Shown: positions 29,776 to 45,540 of the stretch, piece by piece
Layout of the letters: the number at the start of each line of letters is the position of its first letter
Position numbering within the stretch: position 1 is the first letter of the stretch
Assembly (NCBI RefSeq): GCF_009914755.1
Contig: NC_060932.1
Length of the DNA: 64,000 nucleotides
Strand: one strand, 5' to 3'
From: the human T2T-CHM13v2.0 reference genome, Homo sapiens
Translations under genes and position numbers: made by a program
Notes under the pieces: model-generated
Databases searched by the model: none
What the model saw: only the letters and a program-made list of their open reading frames with translations
Told to the model about the DNA's origin: nothing

Positions 29776-30396
29776 CATTAAAAGACAAACTTAGGCACAT
29801 TAACATTTCAACGAGTTTATTTCAGCACTCAGTGATTCATGAACCAGGCAGCGCCAGACCACAAGCAGTTCAGGGCTCCTCCAGAGGGAAAAAGGGCCGG
29901 TTTTTACAAGGTATTCGCAGAAGCACATCAAAGAAAATATGCTGTGTTTGGTTTTTTGTATTCTCACTCATAGGTGGAAATTGAACAATGAGATCACATG
30001 GACACAGGAAGGGGAATATCACACTCTGGGGACTGTGGTGGGGTGGGGGGAGGGGGGAGGGATAGCATTGGGAGATAAACCTAATGCTAGATGACGAGTT
30101 AGTGGGTGCAGTGCACCAGCATGGCACATGTATACATATGTAACTAACCTGCACAATGTGCACATGTACCCTAAAACTTAAAGTATAATAAAAAAAAAAA
30201 AGAAAAAAAAAAAAAAGAAAATATGCAATTGGTTAAGGTGTAAAGACGTTGGTTAGAGGCTAGCTGGCGGTTTGAGATTGGCGAAGCTTTAGTTTTATTT
30301 TGCTGTTTACATTGAGCTGGGTTTGTTTGCTTATGTAGGAATGCAAGGCACGGCAGAGGTCTCAGCCTAATGGCCTTCCAATTAATTATTTTAACA
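29776..30396 (-). mobile_element. MER93-type ERV1 solo LTR, split by an L1PA2
   Basis: ttaaaagacaaacttaggcacattaa...ctcagcctaatggccttccaattaattattttaaca. Confidence 0.8.
29943..30213 (+). mobile_element. L1PA2-like 3' end with 16-bp inverted 5' segment
   Basis: gagatcacatgg, gaatatcacac, gatgacgagttagtggg (GAG rather than L1HS ACA), long poly-A; perfect 13-bp TSD aaagaaaatatgc at 29930-29942 and 30214-30226. Confidence 0.93.
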
Positions 30397-31052
30397 CCAC
30401 TGTACCTTAAAGTTTATAGAACACATTTCCACTCTGAACCCCATTTGAGCTTCTCAACACCCCTCAGGCATAACCACTAGATACCTGCATTGTACAGATA
30501 AAAACACAAAGATTGTGCCTTTGATTTGTCTGAACCCACCTTCCGGAATCTCTGCACCCAGCTTCCTCCCACGTGTCCACCAGGGCTCCCAACTTCAGGA
30601 GGCACTTGCTGGATACCCAAGGTCACCCTCTGCTGTGTGTGCTCCCAGCTTCAACTCCTGCATGATCTGCCCTGCCCGTCCCCGCTGCCCCCCACTTCCT
30701 GATTGATTTGCTTCATTCCTATTGTAGCACGAACACTCCGACCTGTTTTCCAAGTCCTTTATCTTCCTGCTTCAGGGTGTCTCTGTCTACTGTTCCCACT
30801 GCCTGGACCAATCGATAATCTACCAGCCAGCTTACTCCTACACAGAGGTCAGATCTTCCACAGCTGAAACATCACTCAGTCTAAAGTGCTTTTGGCTTTA
30901 TAATTTAAATCAAATTCAGATATTAGACATCTATTTGTGTGATCTTTTTTTAAGGTCTCTGACCCTCAGAGAACATAGCACAAAGTTTGGCCCACACTAA
31001 CTGATCAAAAAATATTTTAAATAAAAACATGTATTTACAAAAGTTACAAAGA

Positions 31053-31321
31053 GGCCAGGTGCAGTGGCTCACACCTGTACTTCCAGCACTTTGGGAGGCC
31101 GAGGCAGGTGGATCACTTGAGGTCAGGAGACCAGTCTGGCCAACATGGAGAAACCCCATCTCTTCTAAAAATACAAAAATTAGCCTGGTGTAGTGGTGCA
31201 CACCTGTTGTCTCCACCCAGGAGGCAGAGGTTGCAGTGAGCCGAGATTGTGCCACTGCACTCCACCCTAGGCAACAGAGTGAGACTCTTGTCTCAAAAAA
31301 TAAAAAGAAGAAGAAGAAAAG
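31053..31321 (+). mobile_element. AluS with internal deletions
   Basis: Alu dimer missing part of the right arm; TSD aaa(a/g)gttacaa(a/g)ga-like at 31039-31052 and 31322-31335. Confidence 0.9.
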
Positions 31322-31943
31322 AAAGGTTACAAGGAATTGAGGTATGGTTAAAACCTAAAAATATGTTTCTGGCTCCAACCATGTGCCCTTGTGACAACAC
31401 TGCACTGCCTTTATGTGGCATTGAGTAAGTCACCCCACTATCTCTGGTCTAAATCTGCCCACCACAGGAAGGCTTTGCATGTGACCTGCCCCCTGGTGTT
31501 TTTCCCCCACCATGTGGCATCCAACAGCCTGTGAAAGGCCGCCCCCTGGCGGTCCTCTACTATCAGCAGCACCAACACTGCATAAGCTACAAAGTCAAGA
31601 TCAATAAGCCACACAGAACAGATGGTTTCCCACAGTACACAGGCTTTTCTGACAATAAACTGTCAGCCTGCTGGCCAGAGCTATTAACTCCATCATTTTC
31701 TTTAGGCTTCTCTGGTTAGAAAAGCTCATCCCTTCATAAATGGATTCTAGAAGTAAGAGCTGGAAGGAATGGCAGCAATGAGATCATCTAGGTCAGGAAC
31801 AGCCAACACTTGGCACTCATACCACTCCTCCTCTGCTGCACACTGACAGGCATCACTAATAGATCACAGCACTCTTTCAGAACACACCACTGTAGGCAGC
31901 CATGAGCAATCAATCTGAGTTGATGTGTCAGATGAAAGCTGAA

Positions 31944-32420
31944 GGAGTCAAGATGCCTGGTGGGAAACAGATGTCTCACCCAGTTGGAATGTTTGAAAAG
32001 GCTTTGAATGAAGGTGCTCTTTACACAAGGGCTCCTAACCCTGTGATCAGGGTCAGGAGAACCAACACAGACTGCCCAGTCACCAGAGACTAGCAGCACC
32101 GGGGTTGGGGGAATCTACCCCTAGAGAAGAAGGGGGTGGAGCATCAGCCTGAAGATTGGGTTTAAAGCTGGAGCCATGAAGAGGGCCACCTGATAAGACA
32201 GACACAGGCATGGTCCCAACTGGGCAACCAATGCAGGGCAGGAGCAGAGGAACACACACCCCAACCTCTGTCTCCTCTACCCTCTAGCCTCCAGCCCACC
32301 TGGAAGCCAGGAGGCAGTAGACAGTTGGTGACATATTTCCCTGAGGCCAGTCAGACCCCTCCCCACCCAGGACACAGGGCAGGACACAGGAGGTCTGAGC
32401 ATGGAGTCTCCAGAACACAG
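31944..32420 (-). mobile_element. LTR33-type ERVL LTR
   Basis: ggaaacagatg, gagggccacctga, accccaacctctgtctcctc, ggaagccaggaggca. Confidence 0.7.
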
Positions 32421-32799
32421 CATGAGGAAAAGGTCCAGGTTTGCAGCTGTCTCAGGTCGAGTTCGTTAACTGCAGGGATGTGCAATGACGTGGCTTCTTC
32501 TCATGATGTTCAGCAAAGGGAGCGGGGGATGCAGGATGGAAGGGAGGGCTGAGCCAGATCCTCGGGTTAGGGGAGGCCTCGGCAGATCTGCTCCACTTTC
32601 CCTTTAGGCAAGAGGGCTGGCCCCGTGAGCTCCATTGCCAGCCTGTACTTGGCTGCAGGCTGTTCCCTGGGGAGGGGGCATTCTCTCTCTGGCAAGGATA
32701 CCTCTCGGGAGGAGAGGACATCAGGAGCCCTCTGCTGACAAAAGTCACAGCTGATAGGGATCTGAGCTGAGCATCAATACTATCCATAGCAGAGTCAGG

Positions 32800-32950
32800 C
32801 ATCCGTGTGCAAATTCAGTCTCTGCCACTTATTAGCTGAGTGACTACAGGAAAATGTTTAACTTCTTTGAGCTTCAATCGGCCATAACCTTCAGTGTCAG
32901 TGGGAGGAGTATGTTAACTAAGGTACGTAGAGCCCCTGGGACAGTGTAGG
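32800..32950 (+). mobile_element. MIR SINE
   Basis: tctctgccacttattagctgagtgac. Confidence 0.65.
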
Positions 32951-33495
32951 CCAGGGCTTTCTTCTTTCCTCCCTAGCCGATGCTCTTTCATCTCTGATAG
33001 CTGAAAATGTGGGGTCATAGAGACCTGACTCTTGCAAAGTCAGGGGCATGGGGGCAAGGGAAGGAGGGCAGGAAAGAAGGGAGGGTAATGGGCAGCTCTA
33101 GGTTGCTCTTTCAGCAGCCAGGAAAGTTCAGTGGTTAGCACCAAGACCCCAGTCCCTTAGAGGAATAGGCTGTTGGTAGCAAAGATTGAACCCTAGTGGG
33201 TGGAAGCTGGGAATCTATGGACGAGGTGGAAGCATTATTCCAGAAGAAACAAGACAGGGTTATGAGTCCTGAATCATAGGATCAGCACTGATCCTAGGCA
33301 GCTTGAACTGATGTTAAGTGTCCCTAGACATGCTCTCTGAGTAGATGCTCTTACTGTAGCATTCAGCAAGGTGTCTTGAAAATAGAAGGCACTAAATAGA
33401 TGGCATTAGTAATCACATAAGGATTAAAACAAGTGGCACTCAAGTTGCTCCAGCTAATTGCTGGGGTACAAGTGCTGCCACAAAACCTCTATGGG

Positions 33496-33855
33496 TGCTG
33501 TCAACTGAATTGTGCTCCACCCCTCCCCCCAAAATTCATATGTTGAAGCTCTGATATATTAACATTAAGGTAATCACAGTTAAAGGAGGTGATAAGGGTG
33601 GCACTCTAATTCCATAGGACTTTGGCCTTATAAGAGCAGGAAGAGAGAGGGACAAGAGATCTGCCTGTCTCTCTCCACCATATAGGGAAAAGAAGGCAGC
33701 CATTTGCAAGCCAAGAAGAGAACTCACACCAGAACCCAACCATGCTGGCACCCTGGTCTCAGACTTCCAGCCTCCAGAGCTGCGAGGAATAAATGTCTGT
33801 TGTTGAAGCCACTGTCTGTGACATTTTGTTATGGCAGCCAGAGCTGATGAACACA
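33496..33855 (+). mobile_element. MLT1A-like MaLR LTR
   Basis: ccaaaattcatatgttgaagc, ccatgctggcaccctggtctcagacttccagcctccaga, ttgttatggcagcc. Confidence 0.9.
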
Positions 33856-34942
33856 GTGAAGAAGGCAAAAGAGAGCAATCATGTTCCTGCTCTCATTGTA
33901 GGAAGGCCAGGGCTGTGCCCACTCATCTCTGCAGCAGGGTTGGGGAGAGGGAGGAAAGAGTGGAACCTTTGCCTCTGGGTAGCAGGGAGGGTGTGGAGGA
34001 GGGGATATCTGAGTTGGCCCCGAAAGATTCATGGGTTCGCTGCGAGAGATGGTGTAGAAAGACCTCCCTGGAGAAAGAAAAACATAAATAACCGTGAGTT
34101 AAAACAGGAGAGTTTTCACCTATGGCTGTTCTTTTAAGACTGGCTCATCTTTCATGCGTTCAGAGGATATTTGATATTTCCTGAGTGCCAGACCCCTGCA
34201 AGGGACAGAAGAAACTGAAATAGGTAGAGTCAGTTTATCAGGAGAATCATAATTGGGTTCTAACTTCACAGGGAGGAGGGTTGGGGTGGGGGTTCAGAGG
34301 GCATGGGGTGCAGGGACATTACCATTCCTTGGTGAGACAGAGATCACATAAAAATACGCCATATTCCTTATTATCTCCTGGTCTTGCTTTCACTCTCCCA
34401 CCTCCTAATTCAGAAACTGAAGTTCTCATCCATCGTCATCTTGAATGTATTTAAGAGGTTCCTCCAGAAGATCTCTAGCAGGTGGGGCCTTCGGGGTGAG
34501 CTCTCCTCTAGCAAGATAATGGGAGAGAAAATGGATAAATAAAATATAGAAATACATGATCCTAAGAATGGGTGACCCTTGCAGGGGATGCTGTTGAAGG
34601 AGAGGAAGGCCAACAACCCTTTATGACCACCTCACTCATAGCTAACCTGGACGAGGAGCCTGGGAAAGGGCCCTAGACCAGACACGTCCGAGTTTCAACT
34701 TGGGCAGTCATTTAGTGGCTGGGTGAGTGGAGGTCAAGGGGAAAACGTACTTGGTGGAAGGAACAAAAAGCAAAGGTGTAAGTGGACAGTACCCCTGCAT
34801 TGGGGGAATGAGGTCAGCAGTGAGAGGGGATGAGGCTGGCGAGGGGTCGGGGCAGATCAGGGCACGTCATCATAGAAGTCTGGACTTTACACTGGTTAAA
34901 ACAAGGAGAAGCCTGAGAAACGATTCACAGGCCAGAACTGCA

Positions 34943-35243
34943 TTTTTTTTTTTTTTTTGAGACAGAGTCTCGCTCTGTCGCCCAGGCTGGAGTGCAGTGC
35001 TGCGATCTTGGCTCACTGCAAGCTCCGCCTCCCAGGTTCATGCCATTCTCCTGCCTCAGCCTCCTGAGTAGCTGGGCCTACAGGCGCCCGCCACCACACC
35101 CTGCTAATTTTTTTTTTTGTTTGTATCTTTAGTAGAGACGGGGTTTCACCATGTGTTAGCCAGGCTGGTCTCGATCTCCTGACCTTGTGAACCACCTGCC
35201 TCGGCCTCCCAAAGTGCTGGGATTACAGGTGTGAGCCACCACG
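34943..35243 (-). mobile_element. AluY
   Basis: gcaagctccgcctcc, gccattctcctgcc, gtgttagccagg diagnostics. Confidence 0.95.
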
Positions 35244-35954
35244 TCCATTTTTGAAACCTCACTTTCCAGCACTGGAGATAGTGGCGGGTAAACAGAAGGC
35301 GCTCACTTGTACATGAAGCGCAAGGCTCCTGGTGCCTGCTGAAACAAGGTCAGCTTCCCTGATCTACGTTCCTGCCTTCTCCACAGCTGAAAGTACAGCT
35401 AAGTCCCCACCTCCCCAGATATCTTTCCTTCCTGCTGGCTGCTTTTTCAACTGAATGTGGGAAGTTTGATTCATTTGCTTCAATATCAGCAAACAAAGAG
35501 GAGGCAAGACTGAAGGCAAGAATCCAAAGTGGTGCTGTCTACCCTTACAGAACTGGTGGGCTTGGATGTGTGCAAGGTTTTTGCTGAAAATGAATCTCTG
35601 CAGGGCCTCTGCGCTGGCTTAGAGAGCTCAGAAACAAAGCAATTAGCCGTGGACTTTGACTTAACAAATCCAAGCGGCTCTTGGTTCTAAAACTCTGTTA
35701 AGCCTGCTCCCCCACCAATATCCCCAGCCCAGTAAATGGCTTCTACTCTAGTAGAAAAGTAGCCCAAATCCCTGTCTGCTCACTGTCTCCACCCTTGGCT
35801 CTAATTCAATCCACCTATCATCCATTCTCTGGCTTCTACACTCGGCCTCAGGACCTTTAAGGACCTTTAAACCTATGACCTTTAAGGACCTCTAAAATCT
35901 TGCCTCTGCTTGCGGGTGCATCTTGTCTTCTGCAACTATCTGTCCCTACGATGC

Positions 35955-36028
35955 CCACACACCCACTCCCCTACACACGTGCACACCACACACACGCACA
36001 TGTGTGTACACACACACACAGGCACACA
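35955..36028. repeat. Degenerate CA-rich tract
   Basis: Interrupted cacacac runs. Confidence 0.7.
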
Positions 36029-36339
36029 TGATGTCCCAGAAATACATGACTGATTTCACTTCTCCACATAAACCATACTTTTTCATTTTTCTGTTCCTTT
36101 GCAGTTTCTTTCCCTGCTATCCAGAAAGCCTTAACCTCCACCTATCCGAATAATAACAAAATGTTATTATTTCTCCTGATTTGTCCTTGAATGAGGCATG
36201 GAGGAAACATTCACTCCCCAAACCTGAATTGAGTAGCTGCAGAGGGATAGAGAGAGGACTAAGACAGGGGCCTGTCCCTTTCAGGAAGTATTCAAGTTGG
36301 TGGATGGGCAGAAAGAGGATGTGGCAAAACACCAACCCC

Positions 36340-36580
36340 ACCTGACAAATACCTATAAATTCTCTGAACCCTGTTCAGGTGTTAACCTCTTCTTTGACAC
36401 CTTCTCTGACAACTGAACCCCTCTGGAGTTACTTAGCACACACATGACATCCACGAGTCCACGTTTACCTAGACAGCAAGATTGTGAGCTCCTTGAGGTC
36501 AGGAGACTCAGAGGCTTCTCCACATATCCCAGGGCCCAGAACCTAGGAGGAGATAATCAAATATTTATTGGATTGAGATA
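36340..36580 (+). mobile_element. L2 3' end
   Basis: gattgtgagctccttgagg...atccccagggcccagaacc...aaatatttattggattga. Confidence 0.7.
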
Positions 36581-39500
36581 AACTAGTCAGGGCTTACACA
36601 TCAGCCACAGCCCAAGCACGCTCACAGCAGAATCAATCCCAAACCCCAGGAAAGGGGAGATGAATGGTGAAGGGACATTTCCAAATCGCACCGCAAGTTA
36701 ATAGCTGACTCTCGCTGAGAACCCAGAAATGGACTCCCAGCCCAGGGCTTGCTTCTAGAATTCCATGCTTGCTGGAGACCTGGAGATGTTGGACATGGAC
36801 TTAAAGGCCAGCAGCACTGACTAGGCACAAGAATGTGCATGTAGATAATGGAAAATCACATATCAGTTAAGTGACTATTAGTGATTGAAATTGTGTGAGG
36901 AGTAGAGACCACCCCCCACCCCCAGGAGGCGTTAGAGAAAGGCCAGCACTGTTGAGGGCTGTGAGGCTCCCATTTTCTCTCTGTCTTTGTTTGTCTCATC
37001 TCCTGGAAAGAGAGATGAGTAGAAATGCCTTGTTTTCTTTTGTCAACAGTCCTCAAAGACTTGGTGTGTCTGGGATGTGAGTATGCAGTGTGCATCTGGA
37101 GGGTCACCTCCACTTTTTTCTACCCCTCAAATCCCTGCACAGTTAATTAAAAGTAATGGCATTCTCTCTGCCACAACATGGCATGATCCCACCTCCATAA
37201 TCTGTCATCCTAATTAGCAAGGAGAGAAGGGATTTGGCTGCTTTCAATTTGTATGTTCTAAAGCTACAGAGAAATTCATAGGAAATGGGCCTGGCTGAAT
37301 CCAGCATGAACATCTGCTTAGAAAATTGTAAATTTTGAAATATGATCTTGGGGTGGTTTAGTTCCAGGTACCCTGTATTATTTCAACTGATAAATAACAA
37401 TAAAATCACAGTGTTAACTATGACAATAATACTAAGGGAAGTTATTGCTTTTAGTGCCTATCAAGGGTTTTGTATTTTTAAAGTGTGCTCCAAGAAAACT
37501 AGTCCTTCAAGATACTCCTTGGTAAATGCTTGTAATGCCCAGGTCCACAGGGCATGTGTGACTCACTATAGTCTCCTCTTGGATGCTTATAACATCCAGT
37601 AGACTATGAGAAGCACTGAGAAATTATGTCATTTTAAAAAGTCATTTAAGTTTAAACCTATTCAAAACTGGAAATCATTTGTGGAATATTTAATATAACT
37701 TTTGTTCAATACAATATTTTAAATTCTAAAAACTGAGTAGGTAGCTTCCACATCACAGATAAGAAAAATGAGGTCGTCAGCAATTGCTCTGAGGTCTATG
37801 AGCAAATCCCTAAAAACTGAATCCACATTCCAAAGTCTGTGCTCCCCAGTCTCCACAGGCCCTGCCAGTAGCATGGTAGGGTCTGCACCTGCACAGATAG
37901 GTCAAGTTCATGCCTCACCCTCACTATGTGGAGGCTGCTTTCCAGGCCCACATACCCAGAAACACTAGGTGGGGAAGGGAAAAGGGACAGAAAAGAAAGT
38001 AAGCACTTACTGAGCATCCCTGGGCATGAGATGCTGTGCTTGACTCAGAAAACACAGAGATGCAAATATCCTAGTCCCTACTCTTAGAAGGCTCACCACC
38101 GGGTAGGAGAAAGACATGAATGACCAGCTTGTCACAAAAGCACAGGCTTTGGGTCCAGACAGTCCTGAATCTTGTTAAATGCCTGTTATGTGCTGGGTGG
38201 TGTTCTGAGCACAATCATTCCCTCTCTGTGCCACTTTGGGCAAGTTACTTAGCATCTCTTGTTCCCTTTCTATATAATGAGCATCACCCGCTATGTAGGG
38301 TTTCCACAGGAACTAGCAAGGCTCAATGTTCTAATGCAGTACTGGTGCCAAGCAGTTTCCTTTAACATCTACAACCATCTAATAGGGAATTTAGTGAGTT
38401 CAGTGGGGAAATCAACTCTGACAGAGTTATAGAAAGGCATCAGGGATGAGGTCATATTGGGCACAAGTTCTGAAAGATAAGTTCAACAGCATAGACAGTG
38501 ACAGGAAGAAACACTCAAACTGGGTCCAAGCAAAAATAGCGTCACTCCGACAAGCTCTATCTCTCAGCTCCATCTCCTATGCTGGCGTCAGCCAGGCAGG
38601 CTCTTCCCATACCACAGTGAGATGGCATACGAAGCCTCAGCTTACACGTGCTATCCACTCAACAACCCCAGCAGAGAGAAAACGCCCTTTTAGGACCAGT
38701 TCCAACAAGTGTCACCAACTGGGTACCTTCATCTGTCCCCAGATAACTACTTTCCCACCCAGGAACCTTAAAACTTGTTTCGAGATCCATGGAACTTGAC
38801 CACTGTGTTTGCTTCCTTCTTTGATATCCCCGAATCCTTGAATCACTGTGCCTGGTATAGTACCTGGCTTAACAGTCCTTTAATAAATCCTGGGTGAACA
38901 GATAAAGAAATGAATGACACATTCTTCTAGAGTTCCTACCTGAGTTAATTTTCTTAAAGAGTAGTAAGATTCCAGTGGTGTGGAGCAAATCGGGCAGGTG
39001 GAACGGGTTACTTTGCTGAAAAACGTCTGAAAATCAATTTATTCTTTTGGACTTCTGGACAATTGAAAAATTACTGTCAATTCTTATGCAAAGAATAAGG
39101 CTTGGAAAAAGCGTGGAGTGGCCATGAACAAGTGTGTAGTTCTTCTCATCAGGAAATAAGGAATTTGGAATAAAGATGGAAGGCTTTGACTCTTCCCTCA
39201 TTGGCCTTTCCAGAAGTCCCTCCAGACTTTCCGTTTCTTTCTCGTGTAGGAAATCCTTAAAGCAATGACCCGGCCGGTTGGTTGAGGCTGTTCTTCCTAC
39301 CTGGTATGACAAGCTGGATTCTTGTCCTTGACACTTTGCGTTTGCCTCCTTTGCATCCAAATTGCCCTTTGACCTGATGCTGGTCACTAGGCCTGGTTCA
39401 CTATATTTGACCTAGCACAGGTGCCCCATTTATCTAGAGTAATTGTTCATTAGCACTCTAAATATAACTGTTGGTGATTTTGAGCATTTCTCCAGATGTT

Positions 39501-40199
39501 GCCTTAAATGTCGTTTTAAAAATAATCAGCCCCAATGCGATGAATCAACCCCAATCCAAGCTTCCATTTGATATCTGAGAAGGCTATTGGGATGGCAAAG
39601 AACTTACAAAATAGATAGTAATTTACAAAACGAACAATAATTTGACAAATTATATACAGTAGTGTCCCCAAAGCTTGGAAGAATAAATGCAGTTTGAGAA
39701 GTTTCTCAAAGAATTAACCCACTCTGCCAAACTGATTCGGACTAAATCATTGGGATTTCTTTTTGCTCCTTAATGAAAAGAAAATTCACGTAAGAACAAT
39801 AGAGTAAGTTTTATTCCTTTATTTGTTACTTCATCTCACATTTATCAAGTGTCTATTTAAATTCAGGTATAGGACTAGGCATAGGAGACTCAAAGATTCT
39901 GGACTATCGATAAACAAAAGGAACTAGAAAGCTGGACCCGGTGGTCCCCTAGGGTGTTCTCCAGTCATTCTTTGGAAGACTAGGAGGAAGCTGTGCAGCT
40001 GGTAACGACGTTAGAACTGCTCCTGGAAAGGCACTGTCATTCTCCGGAGGTTGCTGAGTGGATGGGATGTGAAAGATGAAGTTTCCTGTTGGCCATCTTG
40101 CCATTATATGGGAAGAGTCTGCCTAAATAGAACCGATGCAGAGAAAACAGAGCCAAGACACAGAGGTCTTGTCCTGAAGCAGCACCCCCTTTATATGTA

Positions 40200-40720
40200 T
40201 TACTGCATGGGACACCTCTTGTGTTCCATTTCAAAGCCCTTGGCCTCACATGTTGTTCCACATGAAGCTATGGCACAGGTTTCCACCATCTTCATTGCCA
40301 CTTGGCCTGGCAGCACCCCAGGCCCCATGTGGGCTATATGTCACCCCTCTGGCTTCTGGCCCCAGGGCTTCATCGATTCAGTGAATGGGTGAGGACAGTC
40401 AATGCTTCCTACTCATACTTTCAGAATCCAGGACTCTGGAGGAGCTGACATAACTCTGGGGGACTCTGTGACAAGTGGAGCATGGAAACCAATGGATCAG
40501 TGCTTCCGAGGCTCATTCCTCAGGCAGATGGACCTGAGATGCCCCTCACAGGATGCTTGACAGGTAGAGGATGTAGTCAACCTTCCTGGGATCTTCTATC
40601 AACTCTTTCTCCTTTCCTGCTATCCCTCACTCATGCACAAGATGATCAAAATCCCAAATAAAACATTTGCTCATCATCTTTTGTTTCTGATTATATTTTT
40701 TATGGAAATCAGGCTAAGGC
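40200..40720 (+). mobile_element. ERVL LTR (LTR40/LTR50-like)
   Basis: ggaaaccaatggatcagtgcttc, ctgagatgc, cccaaataaaac, ends ggaaatcaggctaagg. Confidence 0.55.
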
Positions 40721-42250
<1,530 letters not shown>

Positions 42251-42939
42251 TTACATAGGCATTTTGCTGAATAAGGAATTGTGTTAAAAAGCAGAAAGAG
42301 AGCTTGCCAGCTCAGAGACTCTTGAACTTGTCATCTCATAATCTCACAATTCGAAGTCTATTGATCTTGATGCCTTAGACTTATGATCTTTTAGTCTTAT
42401 GATCCCATGGTCCTGGTATCCTATTCCTGAAATCTCATAAGTCTGGCAAACGATAGTCTCAAAATCTCAAAGACCCATGCTTTGAAATCTTGTAATCTCA
42501 ATGTCTTGGATTCTCCTTTCCACAGGATCTTCCAGATTTAAATATCGAGGAGTCTCACAGCCTAGCAGTTTTGAGGTGGAGCAAATAGGAGCCCTCCCAA
42601 TTCCAAGGATTTTCAGTCCTACAATGTTTGATTCCAAAGACTTACCAGAGAAAGAGGCCTGAACTCAATTTAAAATTGTTTTAAGCCAGAAGTAAACTAC
42701 ATTTAATTAAAGACCAATCAAATTCAACCCAATTAAACTTCTAAGGAAATAAAAAATACCAGTTCCCTGGTGGTACAGGAATCGGTTGGGGTAAAAAAAT
42801 AACAAATAAACTCCTTATATTTTTTGTGCTTGAATTCAAACCCTTTCTGGAGGAAATAAAGACAAAACCATGACCTAAAATGGCTAAACTTCCATTTACA
42901 TCAAATGATCAGTTCTCCCCCATGTAATCTGCCCATTAT

Positions 42940-45150
<2,211 letters not shown>

Positions 45151-45159
45151 AAATTAGTG

Positions 45160-45540
45160 AGAAGAAGCTTCTGCTATCAACATTTTGAAAATAGAAAACT
45201 ACACATAATAGGTAAAGTCAGTTTTCAGACTTTGGACAACAGTGATCGCTTAGGGGAAACAAATGAGGTGGGCCCTGTGATCACCCAGACTTTCTGCCTA
45301 AAGGCACGAGTTCGAGGAGGGAGATCTCAAGCAGAACACAGTGGCCTCTGAGTCAAGGAGACAGAGATCCAAATTGGAGAGGACTGAAGCAGCTGGTATC
45401 TGGGGGACAGAGTGTGGAAAAGATGGAGCTACATAGAGAAAAAAAATCCTCCAAACCTTCATAGATGTCTCATTGAATTGGTTGCTGAATATTAACTGTT
45501 TGCTATGGCTGCCATTAAAAAAAAACTCACAGACAGGTAG
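45160..45540 (+). mobile_element. L1M 5'UTR-like fragment
   Basis: ttttcagactttggacaacag, ggaaacaaatgaggtgggccct, caagcagaacacagtggcctc, ggagacagagatc. Confidence 0.55.

Noticed and set aside
42310-42640. CRISPR-like array
   Set aside because: No conserved repeats with unique spacers, and the context is eukaryotic
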